A stretch of 64,000 nt of DNA from Lytechinus pictus. Its lineage: Eukaryota. The stretch lies in contig NC_087250.1 of assembly GCF_037042905.1 (NCBI RefSeq), forward strand, positions 18,416,001 through 18,480,000, read 5' to 3'. The position numbers were made by a program, and so were the translations under genes. The notes beneath the pieces were generated by a model. The model was not told the DNA's origin and made no database searches. It worked only from the letters and a program-made list of their open reading frames with translations. The first letter of the stretch is position 1. Every line of letters begins with the position of its first letter. Positions 36,368-44,729 of this stretch are shown piece by piece.

Positions 36368-39300
36368 GATGATGATGATGATGGTGGTGATGACGGTGGT
36401 GATGATGATGGTTATGATAATGATGATGGTGGTGATGATGATGGTGGTGGTGGTGATGATGATGACATTGAAAATATGATGGTGGCCATGATGACGGTGG
36501 TGATAGTGATGATGGTGGGGATGATTTTGATTATGATGATAAAGGTGATGTTTTTAATGTTGGGGAAGATGACATTGGTAATGTTGGTAAAAATGATCAT
36601 GATGATGGTGATGGTGAGGAGAAAAGGGAGGGGAGGCGAAAAAAATATATATATGATAATAATAGTGATGAATATTAATGTTAATGGTCATGATAACGAT
36701 GACAGTGATTGTGCTAATGATGGTAATGTTGATGATTACAGAGACTAATGTTAGTGATGGCTATGAAAGTGATTAGAGTTGGCATGATTGCGAGTATAAG
36801 AAGTATATTTATAGAAATTACAGTTCCATCTTATTAAAAATTTATTTTGTAATGAAGTGATATTTTTCATTCGTTTTATTTTCCCTCCAGATGTCTAGTG
36901 AATCAGAAGAAAGCTTAGATCTTCTTGTTTCATGGCCGTATCAGGTATGCATACAGAATTATGTTGAATCTTAAATGGTCTAGCCGAACCCAAGAAAAAG
37001 TTTTTTTAATGAAAAGAGAGACACCTTGTTAAAGTCACATATTGCAAAGTTCATTTTAAATCAGTAGACCATTTCGTGGAAGTTAGCTATGAGGCGCCGA
37101 TTGTACCAATATTATATAGAACAATTATTTGTTATATAATCATTATTTATTAAATAATAACTATTATTTATATATAATTTACATTTTATTCGTAAATAAT
37201 TACTATTATATAAAATAACATTTCTAATTATTTATATATAATTCCAAGTAATACTTCATTATTTGTAAATAATAATAGTTCGACATTCCATAATTTATAA
37301 ATAATGATTATTTGTTTTTCATTATTTATAAATAATGATTATTTGTTTTTCATTATTTATAAATAATGATTATTTAGTTTTCATTATTTATAAATAATGA
37401 TTATTTATTTTTCATTATTTATAAATAATGATTATTTATTTTTCATTATTTATAAATAATGATTATTTGTTTTTCATTATTTATAAATAATTATTTTTGT
37501 TTTTCATTATTTATAAATAATGACACTACATACTTAATTATTCATAAATAATTGCAATTCGTTTTTCCATCATTTATAAATAAGTTTGTCAAGTTTTCTA
37601 TTATTTATAAATAATAATTATTTATTAAAGGGGAATCCAGCCTTGGCCATTAAATGTTGTGTTGGGAAGGAGAAAATCAAATTAAACAGAATGGTGAAAG
37701 TTTGAAAGAAATCGGACAAGTAATAAGAAAGTTATAGCTGCTTTGAAATTGAGATCACTAATACTATGTAGGTTTCAAATTGGCAACTGGGTAAGTAAAT
37801 GATGACAAGGGACAAGGACAACTTTCCCATAGGCCATGTACTTTATTATCAGGGATTTGTGGTTTTCTCCTAAGTACCCATTCCCCTGGGGCAGTAATCT
37901 AAATATAACCCAGGTAGTATATTGTTTTATGTCCTCATGAAAGAAAAATATAATTTTGAAATAAAACTTTTGGGAAAAATGACATTTTAGCCATAATATG
38001 TATTGGAGTACATGGAAGAGTAGTCCTTGCCTTACATCACTATGACATCCCATATGCGGCCAATTTGAAGTCTCCATGGGTATAGTGATTACCAATATTT
38101 ACAACTTTTGAAAATTCATAACTTTCTTGTTGTTTGTCCAATATTGTTCAAACTTTCACCGATCAACTTGTCTGATTTTTCTTTTCCTTATAAAATCAAG
38201 TTTTTATTTGGGTTGGATTCCCCTTTAACAATGCCAGTGCACATTTCTTTATTTATAAATAATTGGTTGAGTTTCCCATTATTTATAAATAATGATTATT
38301 TGTTAAATAATGAAAACGTCTCGAGTGCGCCATTATTCTCATTATTTATAAATAATCATTATTTAATGTTCCAGTTTTCCATTATTTATAAATAAAGATT
38401 ATTTGTTAAATAATAAAAAATATCTACCTCATTATTTATAAATAATAAAAATTTGTGTGTTTCATTATTTATAAATAACAATTTTGTTTCAATATCCCAT
38501 TATTTATAAATAATCATTATTTATAAACAATTTTTAAAATTTACCATTATATACAAATAATCATTATTTATATACAAATAACCATTATTTATAAATAATG
38601 GAAAACTCGACTATAACATGCAAATGTGGGACCGCCCATGATATGAATATTCATGATGCGATCTCCTTTTTCGTGATTTTTCTTCACAAATTTTTGTCCA
38701 TTTCCTCTTCATAATGACATTTCTTGAAGCAATTTTCTAGGGATATGGTCTGATTGTAATATTCTTCATTTTCTATTTAACTTCGTCTTCGTAGAAATAT
38801 CAAAAAGTGTAATATTATACGATTTTTCCTACAGTTCACAATCCCCATAGGCGCGCGTGTATTTCACCTTTTCCATCGTAGGGACAACCGGTGAATCGAC
38901 GGAGTGCTCTTCATCGAAATACTACGTTGGTTGGTCCCCGGAACTGGCGGGCGGAATTTAGCCCGAAGCCTCGATGGAAGTGGATCAAGTGCATATGAGC
39001 TGAGAGAGTGAAGTATCAGTGTACGAGCATCGATCAGGCCCTTCTACTTTCTATAAATATTCTTTGTTGCTTTTTTTTGTTAAGTTAATTTTTCCTGGTG
39101 TAGAGATAAGTTTCAGTTCTAATAATGCACTTCAAATACATTTTGGAGTGTCTGTTTGAGGCATTTGGGGCGATTTTACCCCGGCCCCAAAATGCTCAAA
39201 GCAACGACAATACGGGGGCATGATGACCCCTAAATTTTTGAAAACTTTTTTTTTTATTGAAAATTATCACAAAATTCACCAAAAGTGTTCATATTTCACT

Positions 39301-42300
39301 TTTAAAACTCCAAAAAGTGCCCAAATGACAAGCTTGGTCGCTTCGCTGTGTCGCTTTCAACTTGAGAACGTTTACACGTCTGCTCCCCCCCTCCGAAAGA
39401 AATTCTGTGTACTGCCATGCTCAAAAGAGCCTAGCTGGCACATTGATTTATATATACTTTCATTTTCATTATTTTTATCTAATTATCATCATGGCCTTAC
39501 GCATAATTTTTTCCAGGGGGGGTCAGGACGCACATAATCTTTCTTTCGATACTGTTACAAACAAAATAAAATCTAGAATGAAGTGTTCCAATCAGACTGC
39601 CTTCTCATCAAAGAATCCTCCTTTGACAGCATAACAGCACAACACACTCTTGGCATCCTGTTGGTCAACTTGTTGAGGGATTCACTTGAAATACCCTGCA
39701 ATGCTTTCTGTAGTATCTCCCACAGATGAGTCTCACTTGTTGGGCAAGTTTCTCGAACCTTCCCAAAGCAGCTCGATGGGATTGAGATCTGGGGACTGGG
39801 GCGGCCAATCCATGATTTCCAGGACTTGTTTCTCTTCCTTTTTCTTCAAGTAGTCTTTGCATAGTCTTGACGTGTGTTTTGGGTCATTGTCCTGCTGGAA
39901 AACGAATCCTTCTCCAATCAGGTGTTTCCCTGAAGGGATGGCCTTCCGCTGTAGGATTGAATGATAGCCATGCTGGTTGAGGATACCCTCTACTCTGTGC
40001 AAGCTGCCTACCTTTCCTGCACCAAAGCAACCCCAAACCATGACATTACCACCACTATGTTTCACAGTTGGCTTGATGCACTGGGGTATCATCTTTTCTC
40101 CCTTTCACCGTCTCACATAGGTACGTTGCTTGCTGCCAAAAACCTCGAACTTTGATTCGTCAGACCAAAGAGCCTTCTGCCACTGCTCCAAAGACCAGTC
40201 TTTATGCTTCCTAGCCCAAGCAAGCCTTTTCTTCCGGTTCTTTTCTTTGAGGAGTGGTTTCCTTGAAGCCACACGGCCCATCAGCCCTGCTCCACAGAGA
40301 CGTCTTCTAACAGTTGCAGAACATACAGGCATCTCACGGGTGTTGTTGAGGTCAGCTGTAATCTGTGAGCAAGTCTGACAACGGTTGCGCAGACTGCTCA
40401 CCCGAATGTATTTATCTTCAGCAGGAGACATTGTTTTTGGCCTACCACTTCGTCTCCTGTCCCCATTAGACCCAGTAGCCTCTTTGCGTTTCAGGCTGTA
40501 GTGAACAGCATGGATACTGATCTTGAGTTTCCTGGCTATTTCTCGCATGGAGTAGCCTTCTTCCTCAAAACTACAATTGACTGACATGTTTCCAAAGAAA
40601 GCTGTCTAGTCTTAGCCATTTTAATTTTGTGACTGACTTCTGACTAAGAAAAACTGAATAGGCAAAATGAATGAAGGTGCACTGGAATAAGTGTTAAAAA
40701 ACTCTGAATAACTTTTGAATTCATGAATTTCAAATTGCACTGATGTCTACTCCACTTCCATGCATTTTCTTTAAAGAAGGATTAGGCATTTGTCAAGTTC
40801 AGATGTTTTCCAGGATAAAGATGCAGATTTCCATAAATTATCTGTCTTATGAACAATACTCAGCAACAAATTCTGAGGACATCTGCTGTAACATTCACAA
40901 AATAATGGGAAGAATTTCAGAATAGAACCCCAAACAGAACAATGTTAAAAGAAGTTAGCATTTTTTAGAAAATGCCATCTTGACTGGTAGCCTGCCCTCT
41001 TTGGCAGCTGCACGTCTCTTAAGAGCTTTGAATTTGTTTGAATCAATGATAAAATGTAGACTGGTGTATAGCCTTCACTTTAAAACAAAAATGCAGCTGT
41101 ACTATGAGGCTTAACTTCAGTAAAGTCTACCAAAGTTCGAAAAACACACACTGAAGGCAGGTGTTCCCAAACTTTTGGAGGGGAGTGTATAAATAATGAT
41201 TATTTGTATATAATGGTAAATTTTAAAAATTGTTCATAAATAATGATTATTTATAAATAATGGGATATTAAAACAAAATTGTTATTTATAAATAATGAAA
41301 CACAACAAATTTTCATTATTTATAAATAATGAGGTAGATATTTCATTATTTAACAAATAATCTTTATTTATAAATAATGGAAAACTGGAACATTAAATAA
41401 TGATTATTTATAAATAATGAGAATAATGGCGCACTCGAGACGTTTTCATTATTTAACAAATAATCATTATTTATAAATAATGGGAAACTCAACAAATTAT
41501 TTATAAATAAAGAAATGTGCACTGGCATTGTTAATAAATAATTATTATTTATAAATAATAGAAAACTTGACAAACTTATTTATAAATGATGGAAAAACGA
41601 ATTGCAATTATTTATAAATAATTAAGTATGTAGTGTCATTATTTATAAATAATGAAAAACAAATAATCATTATTTATAAATAATGGAATGTCAAACTATT
41701 ATTATTTACAAATAATGAAGTATTACTTGGAATTATATATAAATAATTAGAAATGTTATTTTATATAATAGTAATTATTTACAAATAAAATGTAAATTAT
41801 ATATAAATAATAGTTATTATTTAATAAATAATGATTATATAACAAATAATTGTTCTATATAATATTGGTACAATCGGCGTCTCATAGTTATAAATATTCA
41901 TTCTCTGACTGTTGTCGTGGTTACAATCAGAGGCCAGTTTTTCTCAGTCGATCGTTAATCTTGAATTTAGCCAGTGCTGACTGTTCTTGGCCCCATCTCA
42001 CAAAGTGTTACGATTGATCCAATCAATCTCAACTCTATGGAAATCCATCCATGTCATAATTTTTTCTACAGTAAACAAAGAGAATCACACTGAATTTTGA
42101 AGAGAATGATGATGTATGCATATATACATCATATCTAGGAAATATTTTGAACCAATTTACATTATAAATGTTGATGTTGCTGGCCGTCCATAGTTGTGCT
42201 TGATAGGATCAATCGCAACTCTTTGTAAGACAGGGCCTTCACAGACAAATGTAAATGAAATAACAGATAGAACACCTGAAAGTTATGGGGGTCATTTTGA

Positions 42301-42668
42301 AACTACCCCCATTTTTGCCAATTTCACGTACAAATAGAGGCAAATTCTGTTTTTAGTCAAATTGTATAAGTGTATCATTATTTTCGCCTCTAATGATAAA
42401 GCCCAATTAATTTTATTCTGGTTATGATGTAAATGGTGTCTCCAATGTTTTCTGTCACGAAACAATAAAACAGGTGAAAACTAATAACTGAGAATTTGTG
42501 TTAATACCGCCATTTGTAAAGTAAATATTTATGTAAATTTTTGTGATTAATTACACATGAACTTTTTATTTGTCTACATTCTATTCTATTTTTTTTTTAC
42601 AGGAGGAGGAACTAGGTAGTTCACTGTTGAGTATGCTACATTCACCAAAGACCTCAACAGCAGAATGA
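12989..42668 (+). CDS. INTS11: Integrator complex subunit 11 (CPSF3L; MBL/beta-CASP endonuclease), complete 21-exon gene, 598 aa
   Basis: All 21 exons have GT-AG junctions with consistent phase and sum to 1797 nt. Motifs: [99 protein letters not shown]-terminal VSWPYQEEELGS. Confidence 0.97.
13778..13926. mobile_element. Harbinger-like MITE (GGCCCGTAACACAAAG TIR family)
   Basis: TIRs; homologous to 21448-21581 and 58219-58355. Confidence 0.75.
14100..14197 (+). CDS. INTS11: INTS11 exon 2 ([10 protein letters not shown]...FNDE)
   Basis: 98 nt, AG/GTGAGT. Confidence 0.95.
14713..14786 (+). CDS. INTS11: INTS11 exon 3 (RRFPDFSYI...AVII)
   Basis: 74 nt, cAG/GTATTT. Confidence 0.93.
15024..15340 (+). 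mobile_element. tRNA-derived SINE
   Basis: B-box gttcgaatccc, gtcctttggcaag..ctccacccagg core; related to 26160-26430. Confidence 0.75.
15345..15710 (+). mobile_element. SINE with a Deu-domain-like core (DeuSINE/SURF1-like)
   Basis: tRNA-like head, then ccctcggatagcatgttaaatggaggccccgtgt...gcacgttaagacccc resembling the Deu domain from memory. Confidence 0.55.
15789..15900 (+). CDS. INTS11: INTS11 exon 4 (SHFHLDHCG metal-binding motif)
   Basis: 112 nt, cAG/GTAAGT. Confidence 0.95.
16314..16711. mobile_element. Decayed Kolobok-like MITE
   Basis: aagataaatgccagtt ... acttgcatttatattttaa ends; related copies at ~21390-22050 and ~32790-33300. Confidence 0.6.
16714..16966 (+). repeat. 127-bp tandem duplication of the INTS11 exon 5 acceptor and most of the exon
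   Basis: 16714-16840 and 16841-16966 are near-identical. Confidence 0.95.
16914..16973 (+). CDS. INTS11: INTS11 exon 5 ([20 protein letters not shown])
   Basis: 60 nt, tAG/GTAAGT; the second, complete copy of a tandem duplication. Confidence 0.92.
17262..17510 (-). mobile_element. tRNA-derived SINE
   Basis: ccgggtacccattcacctcacctgggtcgag core; similar to 29780-30070. Confidence 0.85.
17973..18230 (+). mobile_element. tRNA-derived SINE (second family)
   Basis: A-box tggctcatttgg, B-box gttcaaacc, body ending in aataaaa. Confidence 0.7.
18286..18342 (+). CDS. INTS11: INTS11 exon 6 ([19 protein letters not shown])
   Basis: 57 nt, cAG/GTAATT. Confidence 0.93.
18545..19142. mobile_element. 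Kolobok-like MITE with long imperfect inverted arms
   Basis: aggtcaagtccacccc / ggggtcgacttgtcct|ttaa; arms complementary over more than 100 bp. Confidence 0.85.
19442..19683. mobile_element. CAGGGAATAA-TIR MITE, inverted copy of 33102-33265, carrying a short insert
   Basis: Body is the reverse complement of 33102-33265; sits inside an (ATG)n tract. Confidence 0.8.
20281..20379 (+). CDS. INTS11: INTS11 exon 7 ([21 protein letters not shown]...VVYT)
   Basis: 99 nt, tAG/GTATGT. Confidence 0.95.
20436..20787. mobile_element. Palindromic Harbinger-like MITE
   Basis: gaattcacaaaggtggttt / aaactacctttgtgaatt arms and a central hairpin at 20607-20683. Confidence 0.75.
20855..21132 (+). mobile_element. 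tRNA-derived SINE, near full length
   Basis: A-box gtggtctagtgg, B-box ggttcaaatcc, ctcgacccaggtgaggtgaatg core, (TTA)n tail. Confidence 0.88.
21352..21386 (+). CDS. INTS11: INTS11 exon 8 ([12 protein letters not shown])
   Basis: 35 nt, cAG/GTAAGT. Confidence 0.94.
21448..21581. mobile_element. Harbinger-like MITE nested in a decayed Kolobok-like MITE
   Basis: gcccgtaacacaaagc / gctttatgttacggagc TIRs. Confidence 0.75.
22133..22213 (+). CDS. INTS11: INTS11 exon 9 ([27 protein letters not shown])
   Basis: 81 nt, tAG/GTAAAA. Confidence 0.94.
22800..22936 (+). mobile_element. SINE 3' fragment
   Basis: attccttgaatgc..gctaaagccggggtaataat..(TTA)n. Confidence 0.75.
23265..23387 (+). CDS. INTS11: INTS11 exon 10 ([11 protein letters not shown]...[19 protein letters not shown])
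   Basis: 123 nt, tAG/GTGAGG. Confidence 0.95.
23447..23954. mobile_element. Kolobok-like MITE
   Basis: TTAA|AGGGGAAGTTCACCCTGA ... TCAGGGTGAACTTCCCCT|TTAA. Confidence 0.9.
24204..24678. mobile_element. Probable MITE
   Basis: imperfect TIR ggtttaaaactgcctc / gagatggtttgaaacc; CpG-rich body. Confidence 0.5.
24791..24845 (+). CDS. INTS11: INTS11 exon 11 ([18 protein letters not shown])
   Basis: 55 nt, tAG/GTAAAT. Confidence 0.93.
24854..25131. mobile_element. Harbinger-like MITE (GGCCCCGTCTTACAAAGAGTT family)
   Basis: TIRs with CAG/CTG flanks; at least 8 related copies in the window. Confidence 0.88.
25879..25974 (+). CDS. INTS11: INTS11 exon 12 ([32 protein letters not shown])
   Basis: 96 nt, cAG/GTAAGA. 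Confidence 0.94.
26160..26430 (+). mobile_element. Decayed tRNA-derived SINE
   Basis: tttgaatcccact..ggcaaggca..ctcaacccaggtg; similar to 15024-15340. Confidence 0.7.
27083..27295 (+). CDS. INTS11: INTS11 exon 13 (PFDRGY...[10 protein letters not shown]...[12 protein letters not shown]...ENRQT)
   Basis: 213 nt, cAG/GTAGGA. Confidence 0.95.
27325..27860. repeat. Degenerate (GAT/GGT)n microsatellite blocks
   Basis: Seen directly, on both sides of the exon 13 pseudo-copy. Confidence 0.85.
27513..27660 (+). pseudogene. Degenerate copy of the 3' half and donor of INTS11 exon 13
   Basis: cataaggtgctcagctgacagaagaagatggcgatggagaataaacaaacgGTAGGA aligns with 27245-27301. Confidence 0.85.
28044..28081 (+). 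CDS. INTS11: INTS11 exon 14 ([13 protein letters not shown])
   Basis: 38 nt, cAG/GTAAGT. Confidence 0.93.
28235..28580. repeat. ~60-bp minisatellite, 5-6 copies
   Basis: tttcagctc..ttgtagcttacctctgtaca..tatgggatct repeated. Confidence 0.85.
28960..29130 (+). pseudogene. Degenerate copy of the acceptor and 5' half of INTS11 exon 15
   Basis: cttttcaatgcAGtgcccattctcatgctaagggtat vs cttttcaatgcAGtgcccatgctgatgctaagggtat. Confidence 0.85.
29438..29562 (+). CDS. INTS11: INTS11 exon 15 ([11 protein letters not shown]...LVHGEAGKM...KEF)
   Basis: 125 nt, cAG/GTAAGT. Confidence 0.95.
29780..30070 (-). mobile_element. tRNA-derived SINE
   Basis: gggattcgaactc B-box (reverse), conserved core, (AAT)n tail. 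Confidence 0.88.
30304..30895. mobile_element. Kolobok-like MITE, young family
   Basis: TTAA|AGGGGAATCC ... GGATTCCCCT|TTAA; highly similar to 37629-38224. Confidence 0.92.
30953..31063 (+). CDS. INTS11: INTS11 exon 16 ([36 protein letters not shown])
   Basis: 111 nt, cAG/GTAATA. Confidence 0.92.
30985..32215 (+). repeat. Tandem array (~140-165-bp unit, 8 copies plus a remnant) of the INTS11 exon 16 3' half, donor and a purine-rich spacer
   Basis: attccttgcaagacgaatctgatggc...tcacttgcagGTAATATGGAAAGAGAGTGAG repeated. Confidence 0.97.
33102..33265. mobile_element. MITE with CAG..CTG ends and 5-bp TSD CTTAC
   Basis: CTTAC|CAGGGAATAA ... TTATTCCCTG|CTTAC. Confidence 0.85.
33321..33394 (+). 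CDS. INTS11: INTS11 exon 17 ([25 protein letters not shown])
   Basis: 74 nt, tAG/GTAATT. Confidence 0.88.
33885..34308. repeat. ~55-60-bp degenerate minisatellite, about 8 copies, ending at the exon 18 acceptor
   Basis: tggtcccatg..atatttgtgtttgc..ggatacacttatttgat repeated. Confidence 0.8.
34297..34424 (+). CDS. INTS11: INTS11 exon 18 ([26 protein letters not shown]...)
   Basis: 128 nt, tAG/GTTAGT; LGLxEHxxRFT motif. Confidence 0.88.
34564..35293. mobile_element. piggyBac-like non-autonomous element
   Basis: TTAA|CCCTAA ... TTAGGG|TTAA. Confidence 0.8.
35704..35773 (+). CDS. INTS11: INTS11 exon 19 ([23 protein letters not shown])
   Basis: 70 nt, tAG/GTAAGA. Confidence 0.88.
35780..36620. 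repeat. Long degenerate (GAT/GGT)n microsatellite
   Basis: Seen directly; source of the poly-M/D/H/I ORFs. Confidence 0.95.
36891..36944 (+). CDS. INTS11: INTS11 exon 20 ([18 protein letters not shown])
   Basis: 54 nt, ccAG/GTATGC. Confidence 0.88.
37629..38224. mobile_element. Kolobok-like MITE nested in the left foldback arm
   Basis: TTAA duplicated; empty site with a single TTAA at 41531-41534. Confidence 0.93.
39545..41187 (-). mobile_element. Tc1-like transposon lacking its 3' TIR
   Basis: TA|CACTCCCCTCCAAAAGTTTGGGAACAC terminus at 41187 (minus strand); transposase remnant inside; no matching second TIR found. Confidence 0.85.
39592..40619 (-). pseudogene. Disrupted Tc1-family transposase with DD38E spacing
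   Basis: MAKTRQLS.. / HTH..GRP / WSDESKF / VMVWGCF / FQQDNDPKH / [12 protein letters not shown]; frameshift near 40565, in-frame TGA at 40105-40107, further frameshifts after ~39765. Confidence 0.92.
41989..42239. mobile_element. Harbinger-like MITE (24854 family, opposite orientation)
   Basis: ggccccatctcacaaag / ctttgtaagacagggcc. Confidence 0.8.
42603..42668 (+). CDS. INTS11: INTS11 exon 21, terminal ([21 protein letters not shown])
   Basis: poly-T tract + cAG acceptor, TGA stop; EELGS matches the INTS11 C-terminus. Confidence 0.88.
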   Translation, partial: EEELGSSLLSMLHSPKTSTAE

Positions 42669-43115
42669 TGAATGTTGAAGAAATTTAAAGGAAGGAAACA
42701 AGAAAAGTTAGTGACTACAAATCGTGCTACAGTCCCAGACATTCATATTTGTGGATTATCTTTTTTAATACTTCAAGCATCTGTTTGTTACTCTGTTGCA
42801 TTCTCAAAAGAGCTTGCATCCAGAATGAAGAATGTTGAGAAAGAGACGCCTGAAAGAAATTTAAAGGAAGGAAACAAGAAAAGTTAGTGACTATTAATCA
42901 TGCTACAGTCCCAGACATTCATATTTGTGAATTGTCTTTTTTAATACTTCAACCATGCGTTTGATACTCTGTTGCATTCTCAAAAGAGCTTGCACACAGA
43001 ATGAAGAATGTTAAGGAAGAGACATCTCGAAAAAATTTATAGAAAGGAAAAGGGAAAACTTAACGTCTTTAACGATGATAAATCGTGCTACAGTCCCATT
43101 CATTCATACTTGTGG
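42668..43115 (+). repeat. ~180-bp tandem repeat (about 2.5 copies) at the start of the INTS11 3' UTR
   Basis: tgctacagtccc at ~42725, ~42901 and ~43086. Confidence 0.85.
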
Positions 43116-43715
43116 GGTAGACTTTTATGTCGCATTGGCCGGATGACATCCCTTTGAGATTCTATTTTCTCCACACATTGCGCTTCTCCCATGCACTATC
43201 AGTGGGTAAAATGCAGTAGACTGGTCTCAACCTGGCCATGTCCTGACCATGTTTATTAAAAACTTAAGTGCATGAAAATGAATCACTTAATAAGAAGTTG
43301 ACAGGTATGGAGTGTGCCCTCTATAGACGAAGTGAGAGAAGGGTTGCCATAGTTCTAGCAATGAATCAAAATGAAGGTGTTGATGATAAAGTGGGAAAAC
43401 AGTTTTGAAGCGAGATCACAGAGAGGTGCTATTTATTTAAAATTTCCTTTTGAGATTGTGTCTCCACCTGTGACTCTGCCATATTGCATCTCATTCCCCA
43501 CAGCTTTTGTCAGTGAGACATGAGGAAATTTTCTCTTCTCCACAATCAAGAATTTTTATAAGTTTTTGATAAGTTTTCGCTTGTGAGGCTCTAAGCTTCA
43601 TCAGACCTTCGTTGTAGGTGACATTGTTGGTGAAACAGCCCGACAAAGGGTGGAGGAGAGAGCGTATTGTCCCAATTCTCTATTCTGGGTTCTGTCTTTA
43701 AAGAGTTAGATTGAT

Positions 43716-44729
43716 CAGGGGTCCATATTACAAAGAGTTACGATTGATCCAATCAACCACAACTATGGAAAGCCAGCAACATCAACATATATTATTCATG
43801 TTTGTTCAAAATATTTTCTTACTATGATGTATATTCATGCATTTATTGTTTTCTTGAATATTCAGTGTGCTTCTCTTTGTTAACAAAGGACATTGTGCAA
43901 ATTTCCTGTAAAAAAAATTATGACATTGATGGATTTCCATAGAGTTCAAGACGATCAGATCAATCGTAACTCTTTGTAAGACGGGACCCTGATCAACCTC
44001 AACTCTATGGAAATCCATCAATGTCATAATTTTTTTTACAGGAAATTTGCACAATGTCCTTTGTAAACAAAGAGAAGCACACTGAATATTCAAGAAAACA
44101 ATGAATCAATTGAATGAATACATCATAGTTAGAAAATATTTTGAACAAACATACATTTTAGACGTTGAAGTTGCTGGCTTTCCATAGTTGTAGTTGATCG
44201 GATCAATAATTTTTTTACAGGATATTTGTCGTTTGTAAACAAAGAGGAGCATACTGAATTGTCAAAACAATGATGGATGTATGAATGTACATATCTAGAA
44301 AACATTTTGAACAAACATGCATTCTAAACGTTGATGTTGCTGGCTTTCCATAGTTGTTGATCGGATTAATCTTAAATCTTTGTAAGACTGGGCCCTGTTC
44401 TACATGCATGTGGATAGCCTCCCTAATCCTTCTGGTAGATTATGGAAAAAAGAAAACTTTCTCATCTTTACATACCAATCAGGGGCCCGTCTTGCAAAGA
44501 GTTGCAATTGATCCAATCAATCGTAACTCTATGGAAATCCATCAGTGTCATAATTTTTTCTATAAGAAATTGGCACAATGTGAATTTTCAAGAAAACAAT
44601 GAATCCATGAATATACATCATAGTTAGAAAATATTATGAACAAACATGCATAATAGATGTTGACATTGCTGGCCGCCCATACTTGCGATTGATCAGATCA
44701 ATCGTAACTCTTTGTAAGACGGGGCCTGA
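43716..44729. mobile_element. Cluster of four full or partial copies of the 24854-family MITE in mixed orientations
   Basis: Copies at ~43716-43991, ~43992-44215, ~44216-44397 and 44480-44729. Confidence 0.85.

Larger units (their letters stand above)
37087..41887. mobile_element. Foldback-type element with long AT-rich modular inverted arms and nested insertions
   Basis: 41188-41887 is the reverse complement of 37087-38572 once the MITE and six extra ~31-bp units are removed; ends ctatgaggcgccgattgtacc / ggtacaatcggcgtctcatag. Confidence 0.93.

Noticed and set aside
35636..36748. Poly-Met/Asp/His/Ile ORFs (also 19248-19776 and 27318-27615)
   Set aside because: Translations of (GAT)n microsatellites.
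30449..38095. Two near-identical 105/106-aa ORFs (30449-30766, 37775-38095)
   Set aside because: Both lie inside copies of the same MITE; their similarity reflects the repeat, not a gene family.
42672..42887. 71-aa ORF immediately after the INTS11 stop
   Set aside because: Lies within the 3' UTR tandem repeat; no recognisable homology, and the INTS11 C-terminus is already complete.
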